Positions 39,701 through 51,521 of a stretch of DNA of 64,000 nucleotides are shown piece by piece (position 1 is the stretch's first letter; the number at the start of each line of letters is the position of its first letter). The notes beneath the pieces are model-generated. The model did not search any database. It worked only from the letters and a program-made list of their open reading frames with translations, and was not told the DNA's origin. A program made the translations under genes and the position numbers. This DNA comes from Spironucleus salmonicida (lineage: Eukaryota): the NCBI RefSeq assembly GCF_000497125.1, contig NC_090600.1:434001-498000 (forward strand), read 5' to 3'.

Positions 39701-41411
39701 ACTTGAGACCAGTAATATCGTATTTAAATAACTTACTTAGTAAAATAACTGTTTTAATTTAAATTTCGATATCAGTCGCATAAATTAGTGCGGTTATTTA
39801 ATCTAAAAAATTTTCATAAAGCATTAAATGTATAATATCATTTTAAGTTAAAATCGTTAGCGATAACTATGTATTATTATTACATTTTTCACCACAGATT
39901 TAATCAATAATCCGCGATAGTATATTTTGTGTAAGTACAACATTATCCAAAGTTTTAATAGACTTAATTAATACTAAATAACATATCATACGAACTTCAT
40001 CTGTTTCATGGTAACACATATTTAAGAAATTTTCTGATAAAAATTATTATATATTTTCGTAATAAAAATCACATGAATAAAAGAAGTTTAAATAAAATTA
40101 CAATGGCTATGTGAGAACAACACTTTATTTTAAGGGCTAGATATCGATAATTTTATTATTATTTATTTGGTATAAATTATTAGTTAGATATATCGATATT
40201 TTTTAAAATAAATAGTTTCTAACTGTTTAGTTAATTTAAGTTATTTTTAGCAGATTATCAATAATTTCTACGAGCTATTAAGTGATATCTGGTTTAATTA
40301 TAAACTTCTCGACGATTAATTAAATATTTTAAATAACCGACTTTTCAAAATATTTAATTGTAAAATTAAGACCCTATAGCAAATCTGGAGTTGAATTACT
40401 GGATTCATTTTATAAAAGCTTAAGATATATTTCATAAATTTTATTGATATGGTTAAAAATATTAATATCATCAGAAAACTTAAAAAATTTATTAACTATA
40501 GTAAAAAATTAAATTTTATCAACCTTCTCATAAAGCAAGAACATAATACTATCAAATAATACAATATCAATATTTCCTGGGTAATAATTTATAAGCAACG
40601 GGAAAATATTAAAATCAAAATCTTTTTCATTCGCTTTTTATATAAATATATTGATAGTTGATTATATATTGTGCTTAACTAATTTTGAAAATGCAGAATG
40701 CAGCTAATTTTAATATTTCTCTAACAAAAATTTAAATAAATGCGATACTTTTTTCTTAATTTAAATATCTTTAATTACTAAATCATAACATTTTTAACTT
40801 AAAATAGTTGATATTTGATAAAATGAAGTAAAAGATTTATTATTTGTATTAATTTTATATATAGATTCTACAACCCAGTCATTTTATGAAATAATTTCAG
40901 AATAAACGGAATCTTTAATTAGAAATAAAGTTTCTAGCTGTTCTAAGCCATAGATTTTATCCTTTTTTGACTATATATTTGTAAATGCTACTTCAAATAA
41001 TTAATTTTATTCATCAAAACAAAAATAGACCTAGAGAATTAACTAAAAAACAGCATTTTGAACTGATTTATATTTAGAATTAAACTACCCTACTAATATT
41101 TTTGTGGTCTGATCAAAAGAAAAGTTTGTTAATAAAAACTACTCAATAAATTTTAGAACTGCTCTAATTTAGCCTTCTAGGTTATCTTAAATACTAGACT
41201 AAAAAATAATTTTTAGTTATTTCATATAATTCTATTTTTAGTCAAAAAGCATATCATCAAATATTTATTGTTCTTCAATAAGATAATCTGAAATAAGTTG
41301 TTCGTTCTTCTATTATATAAGTGTGGCTACATGATGAAAAACTTATTATGCTCTCATTATTAATAATAAATCATCTTATATTATACATAAAATAGGTATA
41401 TTTCTTAACAT
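33732..41411 (-). CDS. TOR: TOR (PIKK) kinase, ~2550 aa
   Basis: Motifs SKQCPRKL, LLKGKEDLRQDERVMQ, GLGDRHPGN, HIDYGDCFE, PEKVPFRLTR, FAT ENYDRAY and LWSRRL, FATC GWAPQW*. Start is 41411 or 41357; interior only spot-checked. Confidence 0.9.
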
Positions 41412-41837
41412 AAGTTCAGTACATTATATCAATATTATATGGTACAGATAATATATAATTATGTAAAAATAGATCAGTAAGATTTTATAATGATAGAATA
41501 TGTTAGATATCTAATACTAATTATTAATAAAGTATGATGTTATTTATTATTTAGTCAATTTCTACGTTATATATTGTTAATAATTTGGTTTTATCACAGT
41601 ATCTAAGTACTTGATTTTTGTAGCTTTTACTATTTGCAGATTTTATCAATGTAATATGTGAATAACATAGTATTCAATAAGTATCAATTAGTAGTAATAC
41701 AGTAGGGAATGGTGTTTAAATCCTCATAAATTGAATACTTTATAGATATTATTTTCAATAATTCTGCAACTTTTAGTTTAAATAAAATCACTAATTTTTA
41801 TCTCCGTAAAAATTATATTTCGTATAAATTCATTAAA

Positions 41838-44800
41838 TCACCAAACTAATTCTTCATCTTCTTCATCTAAAAGATCTTTTAACTTCTACCTAATTTGGTC
41901 AAAAGTTAATTTAGGACCCTCTTCTGGCACACTTTCGTAAGCCTCATCGTTGGCAATAACCAGTTATTATATTGTATCCATTCTAATGGGACGTGTTTCA
42001 CATACAACATTAACATCCTTATTACAAGTGACAACTTTTTTCAATGAGGAACCTTAGAATAATGGTTAGTTAACTGAATTTTATCTAAGTATATTATTTG
42101 GTTTAGAGAAACTACGAAATGATTCTAAATTATTCACAAATAATAGTTCTTTAGTTTACGAGCGTTTCAGTTCATCATATAACTTAAGGGCTTTCATATT
42201 TTCTATAGGGTTAATTTTACTTTATTAATGTTATTAAGTCGCATTAACAAATTATTTTCGATAATTTATGTATGATTTTATTAATGGTTTTACACCTGTT
42301 GTAATCTTTTCGTCTTGCTTCAGAATATCATTAGATTAGGAATACCATAAAGATGTATGCGTTGTGAAATAAATTAATGCAAAAAGTAAGATTACAAGCG
42401 AAATTATATTCAGAATAATACCTAAATATGATTCTTCATAATGATTTTTAGAAGCTTAATAATAACTCCCAACGGAAGTAATAAAAATTGCCCAAATTGC
42501 AGATGAAATAAGGTTTATGGAAAATTCCACAGCAGAAAGATGCATCATTACGATGATATTAATGACATTAAAAATCAGCTGAGTAATAACACTAAATGTG
42601 AAAATTTTATAGTCTAGGATTGCATCTATCATTTAAGATGGATTGATGCATCCAACAAATGCATTTACAAGTAAAGCAGAAATTGCTAGTCTATTAATAG
42701 AACCCATCTCACCATATTTTAGTAAAATTATTTCATAAAGGTAAAACTTTACACCTATAATAACTATAGCAATACCTATCAATACTTATCCATATATAAC
42801 TGATCCTGGAGAAGCTTCTGATATGTATCCATGAGTTTGAAAAGCAGTAATAGCATTCAAAAATTATAATAAAAGGGGTAGAGCGATACCAACAAAAATT
42901 GATATCTTTTATTACTTTGTAAATTTCATAGCCCCAAAAAATACTGTCAAAAATAGCGTCACCGGAGGACCAGCTAACTTATATGTCTCTTCGCCAAAGT
43001 TTTATAAAAATTCTGGAACACCATCGAATTAGATATAGTTAAAGCATAAATCTAATAAAGATATAAGAGCAAATAAAAAATAATGTGAAGTCTTATTAAA
43101 AAAGAATACATTTTTATTTGGAATATCTGAAAAGAAGAATATGATTAAAATAGGGATCATTGAGACTATATTTACAGCATTTTACATGCCAAAATTGTTG
43201 ATATAAACGTCTTAAATTGCGATAATAACTGAAAGAATTTATGCTAAAATGAAAAATGTTAATCTGCTGCTCAGCCTTTTTATAATTTTTTTCGATTTTA
43301 CTAATATTATTTATTTTTTATGTTTGCTTAATTTGAAATATAGAATAATTAAAACAATAATTATTAGTAAAATTAAAATTGATGATATGCTCCAGAGTAT
43401 TGAATCTATCTTGTTAGATGATACTTTAACACAAAGATTATCCACAAGTAAATAATCCTTAAAACATTACCTACAAATTAATTAATTTAGTTAGTTGATA
43501 TAACATAAGCCCGATATGCTATATTAAATAGGGCAACAACATTGATTAAAAGATTCAACAATGCAATCACAGTCTATATTGCTATCAGAACATTTATCAC
43601 ATTCGGCACCAGACCAGTTTGCCTAACAACTTTCACAAAATATATTTTCGCCAGAAGCATAACAATTACCACGCATTTTATTATTTTCTGGAGGAATAGG
43701 TATCCAACATGATCCATCATGCAGTAAAAAATTTTATTAACATTTCGTACAATCATTGGATTATATAATATGAATAAGGCAGCTCTCATCTGTACATATT
43801 ACTGAATCTCCCTATATATAACACTCTCCTTTATTTACTTCTGAGTGTAGATAGCAGTTAGGTTTTTAGCTATTAAGAGAGCATTCTATACAATTGAATG
43901 ATTATAGATGCACCTCACATTCTTTACAATATTTTTCTCCAATTCCAATTTCACCACAGCCTGAGTCATCGATATTTATACAATACGACCCAAAAAGTGT
44001 GTACCCATTGACACAAGTTCGGCACTGAGTATCAACATCATATCCTTTTTCGCACGACAAACAGAAAATTATATCACCTTAGTAATAACAATCTCCATTT
44101 ATACAGCTTACACATGAAGCTATACATTTATTAGGCCCAATCAAAATTAATTTGTCTGGTGGTAGCAAACTTGAGTTTATATAACCAGTAGAACATACTG
44201 CACAAGTTAAAGTAGATGGGTCAATCTCATAACCTGGTGAACATTCTTTACATAATGGAGGCTAATAATTATACTTACATTCTTCACAAAATTTATCGAA
44301 TTCATTTAATGTATTTTTATAGCAAGTACCAGTATTTATTGAATCATCTTTAATAAAACATTAATCATCTTTAATTATCCCAATACAAGAATTACATTAT
44401 TTTTCAAAAAAACCAGGATAGCAAATGCATATTACTTCATCATTCTTAATATAACAATCACCTCGGGGATTTTCTGTTAACTCATAGCATTTTTAATCAA
44501 TTAAAATAAATCCGTTATAACAATCTTGACAAATATATGATTTATCAGTAAGATAACAAGTACCTTAACACACAGGATTTACACAAATTTCGAGACACGT
44601 ATTTCCAACTAAAACTTTACCAGTTATACAAGAAATACAACTTAGCGTACCATCATTAAGTAGATAACAAGAATCTTCTGTTATTTACTCCTAACATTTA
44701 TCCAAGGCTAGAATAAACCCGTTTAAACAGTTATTACATTATGTCCCAGCTCTATTATCATAACATCTTGCGCATATCACACTGTTAACGTCGATATAAA

Positions 44801-47800
44801 AGCATTCACCATAAATACAAGTGTCACATTTTTTATAACAACCATCAAATGCAAAGAAATATCCGTTAGTATTATCACACTCCTTACATGAATCACCAAT
44901 ATAACCTGTAAAACACATATCAAAACAGAGTTCTACACCACCTTAAATCACACAATCATTACCATTGCATAACTCACATTTTTATAAGCATTATTTATTT
45001 TCAAATATAAACCCTTCTTAGCATTCGAGGCAATCTTGACCCATATAATTATCAAAGCATACAATACACGATATATCACCATCTTTTGTATAAAAACATT
45101 ATCCATTACAATCTGCACACTCTAATTAGCACAAATTATTAAAAAATATTGCGCCCTTCTGACAAGAATCGCAAGAAGGCCCTTAAAAGAACTCATTGCA
45201 CAAACAGGTTTAATCTTCTTAACAGTCACCATACTAGCAATTCTCTTTCGAGCATGCCGCCAAACATTAGTTATTATACAAAATATATTTTTCTACGCAA
45301 CTTATGCATTTTACCGCTCCCTCAAAGTTGAAACAAACCCCAAAATAAGTATCCTAATTAAGCTTCTAATAACAATTAAAATTGTAATATTAATAGTCAG
45401 CTGAGCAGATATTGCACTTGCTACCAGAAACACCCACATTGCATGATTTGCACGAAAATGCGCATAGAGCTGGGTCCTTGCTGGAACAACTGTTCAGGAA
45501 GTAGCAGATCCCTGTTTTGCAATTATTGCATATGCTAAAGCACAAATTTTCAATTTTGATGAAGTTAGTTCTACAGTCTACGCACAGCGGCGGCGCCCTA
45601 TTATTGATACAAGAAGAGCATTGGTATTCCACTAACTGCGCGTTTAAATACACGCAGGTGCTTCCATATTAGCAGTTTCCCTTCGTGCACTCCTTCTGGC
45701 ACTTTATATCATTTCCGATACAGAATTGACAGCTTAACCCGCTGAGGGGCATCTGGCATATGCAGCTCCCGCTGTTGCACGTTTAGCCGTTGCAGGTCCT
45801 GTCGCTGTCGCACGCAAAACCACTGCAGAGCTCGTTTTCAGTGAAATATCCGTCCTAGCATACGCAGAAGTTGTCCGCTTCGACACCGTTTTTACACGTT
45901 GTTTTCTGGTCTCCTTCGCAGCCTGGCAGGGCGTTCAGCTTAGGAGCTGCGCAGGATCCTCCCTTGCAGCTACCGCAGAAGTTACTCTCGCATGTGGGGC
46001 CGTAATTTCCGGGTAGGCAGCTGCAACCAGATTTCGTAGTGCAGGATCCTCCATTTTTGCAAAATCCAGGCTGACAATTGTAGCTTGTGCATATAGATCC
46101 CCCAATGCCAATATTGCAACTGGTGCTATTTCCATCAAAAATGGACGAACCATTGTTGAAGTAGATTTTAAACTAATTTAATAGAAAAATCGTTCCGTTT
46201 AATGTCTATGAAAACGGAAATATGGGAGTTTCTCTAGTCTATAGAGTGTTTTTGGTCTAAGATGTAAATAGATTTTTCAAGAAAACGAAGCCCTAGCTAA
46301 GTGTTGGATTGGTTACCCAATGTCCAGTAAGAACCAATGCATACGCTAAATTGCCAGTTTTCAAAACATCGGCATCGACTACCTCTTTGCCTTTAAGCAC
46401 GCCTTCTAGGATTGCTGAATCAACAATTAATGAATTTGAGAAGGTTTCGTAATATTAAACGTCTTTTTAGCATTTTTAATATAAAGTTAACTCAACAAAG
46501 TAGAGAACCTCGGTTTCTAGAATTTAGCTTCCTAAAATATTGCAAATCGCTGTGTTTACTGCATTATAATAAATATTTAGTAATATATGTTGTAACTTAC
46601 ACTTGAATATGATTGAGGAAATACCTTAAATACTTGAGATATCATCCAGATTTAATTCACCATAAATATTTATGGAATCTAAAGTAGTTCCGTTTACCTA
46701 TTATGAGATACCATGATAATCTAGTAGTTAAGGCTACGAAAATAACATGATTTATAAAACTATATTTGTACACATATTATCGACTATAGTTTAGCCTAAC
46801 CCACCAAATATATTATCGTATTTAGAATCTTAATTACCAAATGTGCATTATAATCGGATTGATAAATTAGTAATTTATGATGATATAGAGCTATTAAATA
46901 GACCAAATATTTGAAATTAGTTATTAATATTTTCAACATCATATATTTAAACAATAACAGCGTTTTATACTTTCATGTATACCGCTTTTTCTGCTAACCC
47001 ATAATGATATTAATACCCTAAATATATATTTGCATTACTTTCAAACATCATATAAAAATTAATAAATGTAACTTTATCAAGTATCTCAACAGTATTAAAG
47101 ATTTAGTTATCTAGCTCTTCAGCCTCTTAAATAATTTAAATTGATACATTTTTAAATTCTTAGTTTTAAATGCTTTTCCCTAAAGTGTTAACGATTAATT
47201 TGGAACGCTAGTCAAATATATTTATCCTGATGGAAATATCACTAATATCTAAATTCTAATTTTACGATTAATAGAGCTAAATTACATTGTTATCTTAAAT
47301 TCCTCCTATATCGACATTAAGCTAAAAATAAATATGCTTTAAATTTGCACCTAACTTTTGAGTTAATCCAGATATAGTAAACTATTTTATATTTTATGAA
47401 GCATGCATTGATAATTAAATTTAACTAATATCTCCTGAAGATTCTATAGATAACCCAGTCGTAAACTAAACCTCGGTAATGTTCTAGTAAATAATTATAT
47501 TTTTAATAGTGCCTGTACTCTTGAATGCAAGGCCAGAAATATTATAGCATTAAATGAGGGTTTGTGTGATAAATATATGGTTGGCATTACCTAAATTAAA
47601 AAAATTAGTTAAAGTTTGGAGATTATACAAAATTTCTGTAATATTCAGGTTTGTGAATGTTGACTTAGGAGTATCAATTGCTAACATGAACTAAGAATCA
47701 ACGAATGTATTAAAAAAAGCATGAATAAAGAAGAATGAGTTTTTAATATCTGAATTTGTAAAACTTTTAAAAAATGATACATTTATGTTCATGGAGGTTT

Positions 47801-48143
47801 TAGTCGTATTTAGTAGCAGGTAAGTATTTGAAATTTATGAGTCTATAGAAGTTTCTATAAGCGAAAAAGAATCCGTAACTAATATATCTGAGATGATTTA
47901 AATGTTAATATCCTGTATTTTTGCTTTATTTATCGTGATTAAATGAAAACTTTCTGAAAGCATGGTAATAGTAATAATATGTCGCGCTCCAGATAAATAT
48001 CCTTCGAAACTATCGATCAAGTGAGAGTCTACCAATTAAATATTAAAATCTCTGTTAATAGCATATTCAAGTTTATTATTCGCATTTATATTGACTAATT
48101 CTTCCTAGGAGTTGATCAAAATTATTTATAATATGCATATCAT
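41838..48143 (-). CDS. 2101-aa fusion: GLUG/beta-helix-like plus Cys-rich ectodomain, TM, DMT/SLC35F-like transporter, cytosolic tail
   Basis: Frame scanned without TGA. N-terminal INSQEELVNI...FEGYLSGARHII; CxxC/EGF-like repeats at ~43450-46130; TM at ~43335-43400; multi-TM region at ~42340-43260. Confidence 0.8.
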
Positions 48144-49306
48144 TTATTAGTTATTAATATCAGTATATATAATATAACTATTATAATGTAAAAAAACTTA
48201 AAAAAACTGGATAAAGATATAAGTATATGTGTTATACTATTTGTAATTAATTTGAATTTAACATAATTGATATATTATCTGTAAGCTTATAATATACCAA
48301 TCTCAAATATTTTGAAGTCAAATATATAAAGTATTAAACTTATATTTGATCTAGTAAGTTCTGTCTAATTTATCTGATATTTATATAAGTTACTAATAAA
48401 ATTTATTAACAATAAGTATTAATTCTTCTATTATAAATAGATTCAATTATTGTATATTATCATAGTTCTAAATTAACTCTGGTAAACACTATTATTTTAT
48501 GATTAAAGGACATAGGATGATATATGATTTATTATATCTATTATACTATTTTGCAATAGAATTAGAATCTGGACCTTCAAATTATAATACGAGCTGTAAG
48601 ATAAAGTATATTTTATAAATATGATACAAATTTTGGAAAATTAGGGATAACTTAGTGATGACAAATTCATGATATGTTTAAGGTACCAGTTATAATAGTA
48701 TTTCATATGGAACTCAAGTTATACTAGGGTATTGAATAAACTTCATTTTTGTATTGTTATATAATTAAATAAACTTATTAGTACTAAATATAATTGGATT
48801 ATTCTACATAATAATTTATTAATATAAGCAAAATATATGGAGTTATTAATTACTGTAATATGAAGGAAATAACTGAAGATTATACTAATAACTTTCCATT
48901 TTGATAGCTCAAGCAATATATTTATATTATACATTATTAACAGTTAATATCATAAACAGATACGTAAAACCTACCTTACAAGATAAAATACAAATATAAT
49001 TCAATTAATATTTATCAGTTTCTTTAAGCTACAATCTAGAATTAATTAATTATTAGAACTAGTTTAATAGATTTCAATATAAAAATGTATACAGTAAAAA
49101 TTATTTGGTTGTATTTTCAGAACACATTGTATTTATTAATATTAAAATATGTCTATATAAACTATTAATCATTGACCAATGTGTAATTTAGAATACAATA
49201 AAATATAATAGTTTAAATACACTAATATATATTAATTAAAAAATTATTTAAAAATATTGAACCAAATTATCGTAATAATAATCAATGTATTCATTCTTTC
49301 TATTTA

Positions 49307-49510
49307 ATGAAAAAGGTAATTAGATCATCAGTTAAGCTTATGAAGATATCGATATAGTTATCTTAGTAGGCTGATGCTATGAGACCAATTGCATCTGATA
49401 GCGATTTCATAGACTTGTTCGAAAACGAAAATTTTAGCTTCAAAAACGACTTATAAGTTATTGATTTTGACAGGGTTAGACCGATATTGATTAAGCAATA
49501 TACTAAGTGA
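49307..49510 (+). CDS. small hypothetical protein (67 aa)
   Basis: Code-6 ORF ending in AAGTGA. Confidence 0.45.
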
Positions 49511-50825
49511 TTATTTTAACGTGATCGTGATTTTATTTGACCTGTAATTTTTCCTTATACTTAGATTTTATAACTAATTTTTTAATATTAAGAGATTATT
49601 AAATGAAGTATAGATTAATTCAATAAATTTTATACTGTGTAAGAGTATACAAATGAATTTATCGATATATCTACACTTCTTAATGCTAGTAAGTAGTATA
49701 GCATCCTTATTATAGTCTTAAATCATAATATTCAAATGATAATGAACTTAAAATCTTTTATTTCATAAATAACCGATAAGTCGCTTATTGATAAATGATA
49801 CTAAAAATTAAAAAAAAGATCAAACATACCATCTTTTATTTTGTATGAATTTTTATCTAAAGGGAAATTTATCATAGAATATTATTTTACATATAATTAA
49901 TGAACCATTTACATTGATAACTTGAAATATTGGCAGTAATAAACTAGATTTTATATAAATTTTAATTTTAAATATGTTTTTAATAAAAGTCAGATTGTTT
50001 TCTTTGCTTAAAACAGAAGTTTTATTGTAGTATTTTAGTAATTCAATAGGTTATGAAAGTATGGGTAAACCAGTTAATCTGACTAAGAATAATAAAATCG
50101 ATTAAATTAGTATTCGTATATTATCTAAGTACAACTAGATTCTATTAAAGTTATAACTAATTTAAAAGTCTATATCTTTTGACTGAATTTCTTTAGGTTA
50201 ATATCTAGTATTTACCATCTTAGATGTTTGTTAATCTATAATTTTTGGACATATTTACATATTTTTACAAAGAATCAAGCATAAATTTATAACTATTCAT
50301 CGTTTTATCAGTATCCTTGCTTTATATGCATTAATAATAATTTCTACATGAAAAATCAGAGAATAGTTATTATTTTTAAAAATGGATATATCGTTGTATA
50401 GAATGTAATTATGTTATTTTAGACTTAAAAATTTTTGTGTGTAGGATTAATAATCATAACGGTCAAGTGTAATTTTTTTCAAAAATCTTACTTATATTAA
50501 TTACAAATCATTACTTTTGATTATTGTTTCGTCTATAAAATTTATTAACAACAATTCATATATTTCTTGTGATTTAAATGTGATTAAATTTCAATTTTAA
50601 TTACATTCCAAATATTACAGGTAAATCTCTCTGATGTGGTGAAGCCCCACGAAGCGGCCTAACGAACATGCTAGGTACCTGGGGTGTATTCCCAATTGCG
50701 CTTACTTGTGGTAACTTCGCTGCATCCGCGCAGGCCGATAGCTGCGGGTGCCATAAAGCCTGCGCGTGTTCCAAGGCAAACCTACTGCGCACGGGTTCGG
50801 CTGCTAATAATTCTGGGTGCTGGGT

Positions 50826-51152
50826 TCAGACAGACGGGATTGAAATGCCCTCCAGCACCGCGAAGGCCTCGGCCACCTGGATGGGGAACCGGAAGACGAT
50901 GATCTTGAAGCACTCCCCCCGCTGCGTGGCGGCGAAGCCTAGGTCCCCTGCGCGGCCCTGGAGGTAGCCAGGCTCGACCACCAGCACGTCAAACTCCACG
51001 CCATTGAGGGCCAGCCTCGTGGCGATGACCTGCGGCCGCGGTGCAGAGAAGAGGCTGACCAGGAGGTCGTGGCCGAAGCGCAGCCCGCGGGACTTCAGCA
51101 CCGTGATGCGGTCGTCGCTGAGCCGGAACACCTCGTAGCAGGGCCTGTCCAT
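50826..51152 (-). CDS. profilin-like protein (108 aa), IR2 left copy
   Basis: LALNGVEFDVLVVEPGYLQGRAGDLGFAATQRGECFKIIVFRFPIQVAEAFAVLEGI follows the profilin core pattern. Confidence 0.55.
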   Translation of the reverse strand: MDRPCYEVFRLSDDRITVLKSRGLRFGHDLLVSLFSAPRPQVIATRLALNGVEFDVLVVEPGYLQGRAGDLGFAATQRGECFKIIVFRFPIQVAEAFAVLEGISIPSV

Positions 51153-51521
51153 TTCTGGGGTTCGCAGGGGCACCGCGTGGGCTTGGTTGCAGTGGCACAC
51201 ATCTCTGGGACCGGGCGGATGAGCGCAGCTACCCCCCAGCCCCGCTGGGATGCCATACCTGCAGAGCAAGCCGCGTAGTACGCTCTGGCGGGTGCACTGG
51301 AAGAAACGAGCGGCCAGGGAGTGACATACCCTGCCAAATTCCGGGCTGGCCACACAGCTGGCGCGCGACTGCACCTGGTGCGCTGGTATCGTGCCCACCT
51401 CCCACCATGCGGGGATGACCGAACGGGCTGCCTCGGGGGCGCCGCTGCCCGAAGTCCAGCAGGCGCCATTGCCACCTGCCGCATTAGTATGTGATAATAT
51501 AGCCAATTCGGCAAAAATTAA

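Noticed and set aside
48200-50600. AT-rich region with short code-6 frames
   Set aside because: No consistent long ORF or motif could be supported apart from 49307-49510.
50631-50654. CTGATGTGG...CCACGAAG resembling a hammerhead ribozyme core
   Set aside because: Lacks the invariant CUGANGA and GAAA residues.
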